A stretch of 64,000 bases of DNA from SAR202 cluster bacterium. GTDB lineage: Bacteria > Chloroflexota > Dehalococcoidia > Lucifugimonadales > GCA-2719675. Numbering within the stretch: position 1 is the first letter of the stretch; each line of letters starts with the position of its first letter. Both the position numbers and the translations under genes were made by a program. Below, piece after piece: positions 1 to 9,811 of the stretch. The stretch covers positions 27,721 to 91,720 of the forward strand of contig VFGW01000006.1 in the NCBI GenBank assembly GCA_009392295.1. The letters run 5' to 3'. The notes under the pieces were generated by a model, which was not told where the DNA came from, searched no databases, and saw nothing but the letters and a program-made list of their open reading frames with translations.

Positions 1-1
1 T

Positions 2-580
2 ACTGATTATCTAGATTTGGTACAACTACACTCTTGCGAAATTGACATCCTTGAAAACAGCGATTGTATTGAAAGTCTAATTAAAGCACAAGAAGCAGGA
101 AAAACTAGATTTATTGGTTATAGTGGTGATAATGATGCTGCAGCTTGGGCTATAAATAGTGGCATTTTTGCAACCTTACAAACTAGCTTCAATATTGTAG
201 ATCAAAATGCTAGGTTAAATTTGTTTGAGAAAGCACAATCTCAAAATATGGGAATAATTATCAAAAGACCAGTAGCAAATGGTGCATGGCAAGCAAAATC
301 TCTTCCATCTCAATATGCTACACAATATTTTGAAAGAGCAAAAATAATGGATTCAATTGGTCCTATAGACTCAGCATATGAAAATCCAATAGATTTAAGT
401 TTAGCATTTGTTTTATCTCATAAAGCAGTTACAACTGCTATAGTGGGAACACATAACCTTGATCACTTAAAATCAAATATTGAATTATCCAACAGTGATT
501 TTGATCTAAATCAAGAAACTTTACAAGAAATATATTCCAGATTTAAAGAATATAAAAATGATTGGGCTCAATTAATGTAG
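2..580 (+). CDS. Aldo/keto reductase, 5'-truncated by the window edge
   Basis: Frame is open from base 2 (TDYLDLVQLH); AKR motifs GKTRFIGYSG, LQTSFN and TAIVGT. Confidence 0.88.
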   Translation, partial: TDYLDLVQLHSCEIDILENSDCIESLIKAQEAGKTRFIGYSGDNDAAAWAINSGIFATLQTSFNIVDQNARLNLFEKAQSQNMGIIIKRPVANGAWQAKSLPSQYATQYFERAKIMDSIGPIDSAYENPIDLSLAFVLSHKAVTTAIVGTHNLDHLKSNIELSNSDFDLNQETLQEIYSRFKEYKNDWAQLM

Positions 581-597
581 TTACTAAAGGATTCAAG

Positions 598-1587
598 ATG
601 CAAACTATTGGGATAAATAAAACTAACGTTTCAGTAAGCCAAATTGGCCTTGGGTGTGGAAATTGGGGAAGAGAAGTGGATGAAAAAACTGCATTTTACT
701 TGATGGATTATGCTATAGATAATGGAATCACATTTTTCGACACAAGTGAACTATACGGTGGACTCGAATCTTACCAAACTCGCAAAAAATTATATAACAC
801 AGATGATGTTAGAGAAACTACTTTAGAATCATTCTCATCTGAAAAAATCATCGGTAGATGGTTAAAATCTAGAGGAAAAAAAATTAGAGACAAAGTAACT
901 TTATGTACCAAAGTTGGTACCGGTGGTAGCAAAGAAAATATTAATAGAGCCCTTTCAGATAGCCTCAAAAGACTCCAAGTCGATAATGTAGATATCTTCA
1001 AACTTCACTTGCCAGATGCTACAACTGAAATCCTTGAAACATTATTAGCTTTTAACGTTGAAATCCAAAAAGGAACTACTAACGCAATCGGGTGCGCTAA
1101 TCATAATAAAGAACAACTTCTAAAATCCATTGAAATCTCAGAAAAAAACAAAATCCCTGGGTTTCAGGTAATACAAACTCCATTCAGTTTAGTTCAATCT
1201 GAATCAAAAGAACTATTCCCAATTTGTGAGCAAAAAAAATTATCTATTACAGCTCATAGTCCCCTCGGAGCTGGATTCCTAACAGGTAAATATTCGCCTG
1301 ATAAATCAAAATTACCTCAAGGATCTCGATATCACATTATGCCAGGACATGCGGATTTATATTTTAGTGATAAAAACTTTGAAATCTTAAAAAAGCTCAA
1401 TAAAAAATCTGAAGATCTACAGATTCCTCCAATTCAACTAGCTATTTCTTGGGCAATCAACCATTCTGAAATAAGTTCAGTTTTAATTGGAGCTAGAACA
1501 ACAGAGCATATAGATAATTCAATCAAAGCTACTCAAATTAATTTGGGTGTTTCTGACAAATCAGAAATGGATTCATGGATAATATAA
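598..1587 (+). CDS. Aldo/keto reductase (Tas-like)
   Basis: IGLGCG, FFDTSELYG, LCTKVG, HSPLGAGFLTGKY and LIGART; ATG 598 follows AAAGGA. Confidence 0.9.
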   Translation: MQTIGINKTNVSVSQIGLGCGNWGREVDEKTAFYLMDYAIDNGITFFDTSELYGGLESYQTRKKLYNTDDVRETTLESFSSEKIIGRWLKSRGKKIRDKVTLCTKVGTGGSKENINRALSDSLKRLQVDNVDIFKLHLPDATTEILETLLAFNVEIQKGTTNAIGCANHNKEQLLKSIEISEKNKIPGFQVIQTPFSLVQSESKELFPICEQKKLSITAHSPLGAGFLTGKYSPDKSKLPQGSRYHIMPGHADLYFSDKNFEILKKLNKKSEDLQIPPIQLAISWAINHSEISSVLIGARTTEHIDNSIKATQINLGVSDKSEMDSWII

Positions 1588-1598
1588 AAAAATTCTAA

Positions 1599-2876
1599 CT
1601 AAATAAAACGTGCTCTATACTCATCCATCTCAATCATTGATCCATTATTTTCCCTAGACTCTTCAGCAGCCAATGCCATCAAATGACTCTCAAAGGCATC
1701 ATGTACAGAATTTTGAGTAGCAGTTAAATCGTTTTTCAAATTTTGCACAATATCTTTTAACATATTTTCATCACCTCCTCCATGATTTTTATCATCATAA
1801 GTTGAACCAAAATTTACTGATTCTTCTTCAGATGAAAGATGGTCAGTGATTTTAATTTCCGATCCAAAACTAGAAAACTCACCTATAAGAGTCCCTTTAG
1901 TTCCATCAAATCGCACAAATCTACCCCCTTTGTTTGTATGTGCAGTAGTAATAAAACTAGCTAAAACTCCATTCTCGAACTCCAAGTTTACTGTCTGATT
2001 ATCAACAACGTTATTATCAGATTTATATACACATCTACCATAATTACTTACACTTAAAATTTCATTAAGAGATTTTCCTGAAGTAACTTCATCTAACTCA
2101 AATATTCTTTGGTAACCTTTAGCAAATCCAGAATACAATCTAGGGGCATAGTAAATACATGAATCTTCCACAGGGCAACCATCAGTACATCGATCAGGAA
2201 CATTAGAATTAGGTGCTTGATCCAACTTGAAATGCTTCAAACTGCCAAACGAAGACAACTTCTTAACTTTTTTACCAATTATCCAAAACAATAAATCTAA
2301 ATCATGACAACATTTAGCTAAAATAAATGGAGCAGAATCTCTTGTATTTCTCCATGTACCTCTTACAAAACTATGGGCATAATGCCAATAAACAACATTT
2401 TCTCTGTGCTCCACAGTAATTATATCTCCAAGCTTACCCGAGTTAACAATCTCATAAACTTTCTGAAAAAAACTTGTATATCTCAATTCGTGAAAAATAA
2501 TAAGTTTTTTCTTCAATTTATCTGATTTTTCCACAAGGGCAGAGCATTCTTCAGACGTAGAAGCCATTGGTTTTTCTAAAACAACATCATACCCTTTATC
2601 CATAGCAGACATTGAAGACAAATAATGTATAGCATCTCCTGTTGAATTAAACAACACAGAAGCTAGCTTAGGTACTTTTAACAAATCTTCCCAAGTATTA
2701 AATCTGTTTTCAGAAGAAATATTATGCGCATCACCAAAACGATTACGTCTGTATTCATCCGGTTCAGCAACAGCAATAAATTTCAAATCTTCTGGATTTT
2801 TTGTCGCATAACCACCGAAAGCAAAAAAACCTCTCCCGCCAGCACCCATCAATACAGCTTTAATTGGTTCAGTCAT
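1599..2876 (-). CDS. Gfo/Idh/MocA family oxidoreductase
   Basis: GAGGRG Rossmann motif, VVLEKPM, HSFVRG and AKCCHDLD. Confidence 0.9.
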   Translation of the reverse strand: MTEPIKAVLMGAGGRGFFAFGGYATKNPEDLKFIAVAEPDEYRRNRFGDAHNISSENRFNTWEDLLKVPKLASVLFNSTGDAIHYLSSMSAMDKGYDVVLEKPMASTSEECSALVEKSDKLKKKLIIFHELRYTSFFQKVYEIVNSGKLGDIITVEHRENVVYWHYAHSFVRGTWRNTRDSAPFILAKCCHDLDLLFWIIGKKVKKLSSFGSLKHFKLDQAPNSNVPDRCTDGCPVEDSCIYYAPRLYSGFAKGYQRIFELDEVTSGKSLNEILSVSNYGRCVYKSDNNVVDNQTVNLEFENGVLASFITTAHTNKGGRFVRFDGTKGTLIGEFSSFGSEIKITDHLSSEEESVNFGSTYDDKNHGGGDENMLKDIVQNLKNDLTATQNSVHDAFESHLMALAAEESRENNGSMIEMDEYRARFI

Positions 2877-3071
2877 ATTTTTTCTCCATAATTTACATCG
2901 AGCCAGCTTTAATTCAAATCACACTCGATCTATCAAAAGTACTACCTAACAAAGCAAATAGATTATTAATTGGATAAGCACTATATTTACAAACATTCAA
3001 AATAATTTCTTATTCATAGTACTATTGTTTAAAACAAATATGAAGATGTGAAGGTGATTTTAGGAAAATCG

Positions 3072-3992
3072 ATGAAAAAATTTAGCAAAAGAACAGCTAT
3101 AGTGACTGGTGGAGCTAGTGGAATTGGTGGTGGATGTGCAAAAAAACTAGCATCTGAAGGAACTACAGTACTAATAGTTGATATTAACAAAGCTACTGCA
3201 AAAAAAACTGTTGAATACATTCTTGAACATGGTGGATCAGCTGAATATCTTATAGGAGATGTTTCAGAAGAAAATGTATCAAAACAAATGGTAGATAAAG
3301 CAATTGACATGACCGGAAGACTTGATTTCTTAATACAAAATGCTTATTCGCATACATCAGACTCTGGTAGTGCAATAGAAACTACTAGTGATGAATGGGA
3401 TACCGGAATTGGCTTATTAACTAAAGCATTATTTTTTGGTGCAAAATATTCTGTACCAGCAATGACTGAATCAGGAAACGTCACTGGAATAAACACAGAA
3501 TGGTCAGGATTTGGATTAAGAAACGGTGAACCTCCAAAACAAAACATAGGAAGAATTATAAATATTTCATCTGTGCATGGAATAGTACAGGCTCCTAAAT
3601 CTCTGGTATATGCATCAGGAAAAGCAGCAGTGATTGGTTTAACACGACAAATGGCAATCGATTTTGGAGAACTTGGAATTACAGTAAATGCAATCGCTCC
3701 AGGTCATATAGTTACTGAAAGAGGTCAAAAAGCTTGGGAAAAATCTGGAGACAAAAAAGGATTTCATCTATTTGAATTACAATATCCTGTAAGAAGAACA
3801 GGCACACCTGAAGATATAGCATCATCAGTATCATTTTTATGCTCAGATGAGGCTTCCTTTATAACTGGCACTACGTTAACAGTTGATGGAGGGTTATCAA
3901 TACAACTCCAAGAAAATATCGTCATGAGGCTTAAAGATTACATATCTGAAAATCCAGAAATCAAAACTCCCGGGAATAAAAAGAAAAATTAA
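3072..3992 (+). CDS. SDR family oxidoreductase
   Basis: TGGASGIG, catalytic YASGK, VNAIAPG and VDGG; ATG 3072 follows AGGA. Confidence 0.9.
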   Translation: MKKFSKRTAIVTGGASGIGGGCAKKLASEGTTVLIVDINKATAKKTVEYILEHGGSAEYLIGDVSEENVSKQMVDKAIDMTGRLDFLIQNAYSHTSDSGSAIETTSDEWDTGIGLLTKALFFGAKYSVPAMTESGNVTGINTEWSGFGLRNGEPPKQNIGRIINISSVHGIVQAPKSLVYASGKAAVIGLTRQMAIDFGELGITVNAIAPGHIVTERGQKAWEKSGDKKGFHLFELQYPVRRTGTPEDIASSVSFLCSDEASFITGTTLTVDGGLSIQLQENIVMRLKDYISENPEIKTPGNKKKN

Positions 3993-3993
3993 C

Positions 3994-4473
3994 CTATTCA
4001 GTTATCCGAACAACTTTAGAAAAAGTCCAACCCTCTTGTCCTGTAGAAATTACTCTGACTTTTGTAAATCCCATAACGTGTCTAATTGGAGAAGAATCTG
4101 GGATCATATGATAGACATTCATACATCTAGCTTCTTCAATTACCTCAACTTTTTCACCAGGTGTGAAAGGTATACCTTGAGCTTCATCAATCACGCAAAA
4201 TTCTGCTTTAACCTGAGCATGTCTAGGCCCTGCAGCTATCATACGGTATTCGAAAGTAGGCCATAATAATTCTGGCAACTGAAATTCTTTGTCCATATGA
4301 GAAAATTTGCTTGTAGCTTGAGCTTGGAATCCGACACCTCTTGTAGGATTCTGTATTATAGTAGTCGATTCTAAAGTAGCGTTCTGGATTTTACTTGAAT
4401 CACCACCACAAGCAACTAAAAAAAATGCGAATAAAATACCTGTTAAAAACACTAAATTACTTCTGTGGAACAT
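3994..4473 (-). CDS. Hypothetical lipoprotein, 'TGQEGW' family paralogue 1
   Basis: Signal peptide with lipobox LVAC; GGAG SD; shares motifs with 12193-12654 and 33687-34133. Confidence 0.8.
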   Translation of the reverse strand: MFHRSNLVFLTGILFAFFLVACGGDSSKIQNATLESTTIIQNPTRGVGFQAQATSKFSHMDKEFQLPELLWPTFEYRMIAAGPRHAQVKAEFCVIDEAQGIPFTPGEKVEVIEEARCMNVYHMIPDSSPIRHVMGFTKVRVISTGQEGWTFSKVVRITE

Positions 4474-4527
4474 GAAAATCTCCTTTGAAATTAATTAAAT
4501 AAATTCAGAAAAGGTTAAAATCATTTT

Positions 4528-5520
4528 TTATTCTCCAAAAGCTTCATCAAATATTCGATTTGAAGCAGGGAATTGAAGTTTCTTTAAAAATTTACACCCC
4601 TCTTGGGCACCAAATTCTCTGTCCATTGCAGCATCTTCCCACTCAACAGATAAGGGGCCTCTATAATCAATAAAATTCAATGTCCTTATGATCTCTTCAA
4701 AATTAATTCCTCCTCGTCCCAATGTTCGAAAATCCCAACCTCTACCTTCTGAACCAAAATTCAAATGAGAAGATAAAATGCCTGATTCTCCATCAAGAGT
4801 TAAAACAGCATCTTTCATATGTGTATGATATATTCTATCTGAAAAAATCTTTAAAAATTTTGGTAAATCAATCATTTGCCAAAATAAATGACTTGGATCA
4901 AAGTTAAACCCAAAAGTTGAACGATTTTCTACAGCTTCAAGAGCTCTTTTTGCAGTTACTATATCAAAAGCAATTTCAGTAGGATGAACCTCTAATGCAA
5001 ATTTAACACCACATCTATCAAATTCATCAAATATAGGGTTCCACATTTCCGCAAAATATTTAAATCCATCTTCAATAGTCTCTTCGCTTACAGGTGGAAA
5101 ACTATATATCATGTGCCAAATTGAAGAACCAGTAAATCCATTGACAATATTAATGCCCAAATTTTTTGCAGCTCTAGCAGAATTAATCATAGAGTTTACT
5201 GCCCATTTTCTTTTGCCCTCAGGATTTCCAGAAAGATCTTTAGGAGCAAAAAAATCTGACCTGTAGTCATCATTTGGGTCGCAAACTAACTGTCCGGCTA
5301 AATGATTACTAATTGAAAACAACTTCAAGTCATTTTTTGCTAATAATTCAATTTTCCCATCAACATATTTCATGTCAGTAGCAGCACGATCAACATCTAA
5401 ATGATCTCCCCAGCATGCCAACTCCAAACCATCATACCCCCAACTTTTTGCTTTTACAGCTAATTGATTAATGGGAATATCTGCAAATTGTCCTGTAAAT
5501 AAAGTAATTGGTCTATACAT
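4528..5520 (-). CDS. Sugar phosphate isomerase/epimerase (xylose-isomerase-like TIM barrel, IolE-like)
   Basis: GYDGLELAC, FALEVHP, FNFDPSH, HTHMKD and LSVEWED metal ligands; ATG 5520 follows GGAG. Confidence 0.88.
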   Translation of the reverse strand: MYRPITLFTGQFADIPINQLAVKAKSWGYDGLELACWGDHLDVDRAATDMKYVDGKIELLAKNDLKLFSISNHLAGQLVCDPNDDYRSDFFAPKDLSGNPEGKRKWAVNSMINSARAAKNLGINIVNGFTGSSIWHMIYSFPPVSEETIEDGFKYFAEMWNPIFDEFDRCGVKFALEVHPTEIAFDIVTAKRALEAVENRSTFGFNFDPSHLFWQMIDLPKFLKIFSDRIYHTHMKDAVLTLDGESGILSSHLNFGSEGRGWDFRTLGRGGINFEEIIRTLNFIDYRGPLSVEWEDAAMDREFGAQEGCKFLKKLQFPASNRIFDEAFGE

Positions 5521-5540
5521 TTTAACTCCATTCAAATTTA

Positions 5541-6689
5541 TTATGAAATTTTTACCCACTGATTTCTATTGTCAGAACTTTTAACAACAGCTTCTAAAAA
5601 TTTCATACCTCTAACACCATCTTGAACTTTTGGATAATCATACTCTTTATGCACTGGAAGTTTTTCACCAGATATCAAATCTGATAATTCATTTGCAAAA
5701 TTTTTATAAACATTTGCAAATGCTTCTAAAAATCCTTCAGGATGTCCAGCGGGAATTCTTGTACTATTCATTGATATTTCTCCAACAAAACTTGATGCTG
5801 CAGTCCTAATTTCACGAGGTTTATCTAAATAATCAATCTGCAAATAATTAGGGTTCTCTTGTCTCCAAGCAATTGAAGCAAATTCTCCAAAAATTCGTAT
5901 ATTCAAACCATTTTCTTGTCCAACAGCAATTTGACTTGCCCATAAAATTCCTTTAGCTCCATTGTTAAATCTAAGTAAAACACTACCATCATCATCGAGT
6001 TCTCTATCTTCAACAAAACTTGATAAATCTGCACATAATTCTACTATTTGTAATCCTGTAATATATTCAACAAGATTCTCACAATGAGTACCTATGTCAC
6101 CTATACAAGAGGATATACCAGCAATTTTGGGGTTTGTTCTCCAAACTGGAGCGTTATTTTCAACTTTTGTAGCTAACCAACCTTGTGGATATTCAACTAC
6201 AATTTTTCTTATATTACCCAATTGGTTTTTAGCAATTATATCTTTTGCTTCTTTCACCATAGGGTACCCTGTATAGTTGTGTGTTAAACAAAACAGTTTC
6301 TTTGTTTCATTTACTTTTTTTTCCACTTCAATAGCTTGTTGAGAATTAAATGTCATAGGTTTATCACAAACAACATGAAATCCAGAATCTAATGCTTTCA
6401 TAATAATTTCATAATGCGAATTATTCGGAGTAACGATCGAAACAAAATCAATCCTATTATCAGAATGAATATGTTGTTCTTTACTAAACATTTCAATGTA
6501 ATCAGAATAAATCCTATCTGGATTTAAATATAAATTCTTCCCACTTAGAAATGATTTCTCTTTACTGCTACTAAATGCACCACTAACCAATTCAATCTTA
6601 TTATCAATAGATGCTGCAATTCTATGGACTGGCCCAATAAAAGAACCTATACCGCCACCCACCATACCCATTCTCAATTTTCTTTCCAT
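5541..6689 (-). CDS. Gfo/Idh/MocA family oxidoreductase
   Basis: GMVGGG, VTPNNSH, CDKPM, GDIGTH and PAGHPEG. Confidence 0.9.
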   Translation of the reverse strand: MERKLRMGMVGGGIGSFIGPVHRIAASIDNKIELVSGAFSSSKEKSFLSGKNLYLNPDRIYSDYIEMFSKEQHIHSDNRIDFVSIVTPNNSHYEIIMKALDSGFHVVCDKPMTFNSQQAIEVEKKVNETKKLFCLTHNYTGYPMVKEAKDIIAKNQLGNIRKIVVEYPQGWLATKVENNAPVWRTNPKIAGISSCIGDIGTHCENLVEYITGLQIVELCADLSSFVEDRELDDDGSVLLRFNNGAKGILWASQIAVGQENGLNIRIFGEFASIAWRQENPNYLQIDYLDKPREIRTAASSFVGEISMNSTRIPAGHPEGFLEAFANVYKNFANELSDLISGEKLPVHKEYDYPKVQDGVRGMKFLEAVVKSSDNRNQWVKIS

Positions 6690-6727
6690 AGCTCTATCTC
6701 CAATTCTTTATAAACAAAATTACTCGA

Positions 6728-7390
6728 TTATAAAGCTACCCATTTAATAGCATTTTTAATCACTTGTTGAACTTCTGGTTGAAAAAAAATAGGATAAGTT
6801 TCATGACCAGGCCTAAAATAAAAAATCTTACCTAAACCACGTTTATAACAACATCCACTTCTAAAAACTTCCCCCTCTTCAAAAGAACTAATAAAAACCA
6901 ATTCATCTGGTGCAGGCACGTCAAATCTTTCTCCATACATTTCAGTTTTTGGAATATCAAAATATTTATCAATACCGTTAGATATAGGATGGGTAGGATC
7001 TATTACCCAAACACGTTCTCTTTTACCATCTTCTCTCCAAGAACCTAAAGCACAAGTAGTCCCCATCATTCTTTTAAATATTTTTGAAAAATGTGCAGAA
7101 TGTAATACAATCAACCCCATACCATTTAATATTCGACTTTGAATTTTATCCACGATTTTTTCATCCACATCTCCATGTGCTTTATGCCCCCACCAAATCA
7201 AAACATCTGTTTGTTCTAAAATTTGTTCTGATAATCCATGATCTTTTTCTTCTAAAACAGCAGTATCGACATCAAATCCATCCGATTTTAAGAATTCTGA
7301 TATCACAGTATGAATACCTTCAGGATAAACTGCAGCTACTGGGGGATCTGTTTTCTCTTGTATAAATTCATTCCAAACTGTAACTTTCAT
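6728..7390 (-). CDS. thuA: Trehalose utilisation protein ThuA
   Basis: VTVWNE, VYPEGIH, WWGHKAH, LHSAH, EMYGE and FRPGHETYP are typical ThuA motifs. Confidence 0.88.
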   Translation of the reverse strand: MKVTVWNEFIQEKTDPPVAAVYPEGIHTVISEFLKSDGFDVDTAVLEEKDHGLSEQILEQTDVLIWWGHKAHGDVDEKIVDKIQSRILNGMGLIVLHSAHFSKIFKRMMGTTCALGSWREDGKRERVWVIDPTHPISNGIDKYFDIPKTEMYGERFDVPAPDELVFISSFEEGEVFRSGCCYKRGLGKIFYFRPGHETYPIFFQPEVQQVIKNAIKWVAL

Positions 7391-7421
7391 GATTTTAATC
7401 CTCCATTACATTTAATTAATC

Positions 7422-8438
7422 TTAATCACTAATCTCTACTAACATTCCATTATTAGAAGCAGAAGATTTAATTGCGTCCCAAAGATTAGCCATACGCAAT
7501 CCGAGTTCTGGAGGTGATGGATTATCAACATCTCCATTCCTAACTAATAAAAATTGTTCCCATACTCCTTTTGAAACAGGTACTTTTACGGATTTCCAAC
7601 CTTCTGATTGTGTTTTTTGTAAATACAAAAACTTTCCCCAGGCATCAACTTTTAAAACACCTTTCGTGCAATACACTCTTAAATCGGAATCACAAGATTC
7701 GATAGTATCTCCACAACCGTTAAGAGAAACCAAAGCTCCAGATTTAAGTTTGCCTAAAATAGCAGCTGAAATTTCAACAGGTCGACCCAAATTATTAAAA
7801 AATGCTGAAATATGAGAAAATTCTTCACCAGCTAAATCAGAAATCGTATTTAACATATGAGCTCCTGAATCAAATAAAAAACCACCTCCAGAAACAGTAG
7901 GATTTTCTCGCCATTTACCTTCTTGGCTAACCTTCCAATTTTGCCAGATCAATCCTGAAATATTTCTTATTTCACCTAATTCTCCAGAATTCAACATATC
8001 CACAGCTGTTCTAACCTCAGGTGACAAACTTCCCTGAAAAGCTACTACTAATAACCTACCTGTGGAATCTCTAGTTGCAATTAAATCTTTTGCCTCCTTA
8101 GCATTCATAACCATAGGTTTTTCTACAATCACATCAAGGCCAGCTTCCATACAATCTTTAACTTGTTGAAAATGCATTGCATGGGGTGTTACAACAAAGG
8201 CCACATCTAATCTATCTTTATAGTCTAATAATATCTTATTTAAATCAGGCTCATTGTGAGGAATAGGACGACCATTTTCTTCAAATACTTTAGACATTTC
8301 AAGAAAAGATTCTTCAGAAGGATCACATACAAAAGAAATTTCAGTATTTTTAAACTCAGGCAATATCCTTCTAACATGACTTCTTGCCATATTTCCACAA
8401 CCAACAAATAATGCCCTGGTTGTAATATCTTTTACCAT
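7422..8438 (-). CDS. Gfo/Idh/MocA family oxidoreductase (ThuB-like position)
   Basis: VGCGNMA, VTPHAMH, VEKPM and GGGFLFDSGAH. Confidence 0.88.
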   Translation of the reverse strand: MVKDITTRALFVGCGNMARSHVRRILPEFKNTEISFVCDPSEESFLEMSKVFEENGRPIPHNEPDLNKILLDYKDRLDVAFVVTPHAMHFQQVKDCMEAGLDVIVEKPMVMNAKEAKDLIATRDSTGRLLVVAFQGSLSPEVRTAVDMLNSGELGEIRNISGLIWQNWKVSQEGKWRENPTVSGGGFLFDSGAHMLNTISDLAGEEFSHISAFFNNLGRPVEISAAILGKLKSGALVSLNGCGDTIESCDSDLRVYCTKGVLKVDAWGKFLYLQKTQSEGWKSVKVPVSKGVWEQFLLVRNGDVDNPSPPELGLRMANLWDAIKSSASNNGMLVEISD

Positions 8439-8590
8439 TTACTATCCTTCCTAAACAAAATTGATTCAACTGATTAAATAAGATTAAAATTATGATACAT
8501 TCAAGAATTTTTATATTCAACTACTTGATGAATTTATATAAGTTGTGTATTAAATCAAAAAAAATCACAAAAATTCTTTAAGGAATAATC

Positions 8591-9811
8591 ATCAACACAA
8601 AAAATCATTCTCCAAAACCTTTATCGTATATAGGTATAAGACTATTAACATTGTGCCAATTACTAGGTGGAACCAGTATTTTTATTCAAAATGTTGTAGT
8701 TGGATGGTTTACTTACGATCTAACCGGTTCAAGAATTTTAACTAGTATGTCCTGGGGAATAGACTCTTTATCAAATGTAATTTCTGGACCTATAGGAGGA
8801 TTGGCTGCCGATAAATGGGAAAGAAAAAAAATTCTGGCATACACACAATTTTTAAAAACAGCCATTGTTGTAATATTTTCATTTCTAATTATTTATAATC
8901 AAGTCAATGCAATATGGATTTTGTTTTTCGTATTACTTTTAGGGTTTTGGAGCACAGTTTCAGCACCTTCTGAACACTCTATAGTCCCAACTGTTCTGCC
9001 AGTGAATTCAAATATTTTAGTTAGTTCCTTCGCTACAATTATGGCTGCACAACATCTGTGTGGAACTATCATGCCTCCTATAGCCGGAAAAATGATTTCC
9101 TGGTTTGGCCCCGGAGAAACATTAGTGTCAACATCTCTCCTGTTATTTTTGGGTGGATTGACATATCTTAAAATCAATCCTATTAATTCTCATAAAGAAA
9201 ACAAACAAATAAAAAAAATTAACTATAAAGAATTGTTAATTTTTCTAAAAAAATCTCCACTAATACAAGCAATGGTAATAGCTAGAACTTGGATATATTT
9301 GTTTGTAACCCCTGCAGTACACGGTTTACTTCCTGTATTTGCAGCAGAGGAACTAAATACAAATTCTTTTGGATTAGGGTTACTTTTTGCATCTCTTGGA
9401 ACAGGTGGAGTTATTGGAAATTTAGGGTTGTCATTATGGAATAAACGTTTCCAAAGAAATATATTATTTATTTCTTATTGGTCAATCGCTTGTATAGCAA
9501 TGTTTATTTTCGCAAATTCTAAATCGTTATTAGTATCTTTACCTACAGCTTTTTTAGTTAATTTTGGAATCATAAGTACTCTAACAATAATTAGATCTAG
9601 TTTAGCTTCGGAAGTTCCTGACATATTGAGAGGAAGAGTTTCATCACTAAATTCAATTGCTATGATAGTAGTCCCTATTGGCAGCTTAATTGCAGGAAGT
9701 ATAGCAGAAAAATACAATGCCCCAACAGCAACTATGTTATGTTGTTTATTTTTCTTCTCTTCATTAGTAATTACCTTTTTGATCTATCCTCAGATACGAA
9801 ATGTCAAATGA
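8591..9811 (+). CDS. MFS transporter (DHA3/MFS_3-like); probable ATC start
   Basis: About 12 hydrophobic segments, GLAADKWERKK and LRGRVSS. Homology to paralogues extends upstream of TTG 8651; TAAGGA SD at 8579-8584. Confidence 0.85.
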   Translation: MNTKNHSPKPLSYIGIRLLTLCQLLGGTSIFIQNVVVGWFTYDLTGSRILTSMSWGIDSLSNVISGPIGGLAADKWERKKILAYTQFLKTAIVVIFSFLIIYNQVNAIWILFFVLLLGFWSTVSAPSEHSIVPTVLPVNSNILVSSFATIMAAQHLCGTIMPPIAGKMISWFGPGETLVSTSLLLFLGGLTYLKINPINSHKENKQIKKINYKELLIFLKKSPLIQAMVIARTWIYLFVTPAVHGLLPVFAAEELNTNSFGLGLLFASLGTGGVIGNLGLSLWNKRFQRNILFISYWSIACIAMFIFANSKSLLVSLPTAFLVNFGIISTLTIIRSSLASEVPDILRGRVSSLNSIAMIVVPIGSLIAGSIAEKYNAPTATMLCCLFFFSSLVITFLIYPQIRNVK

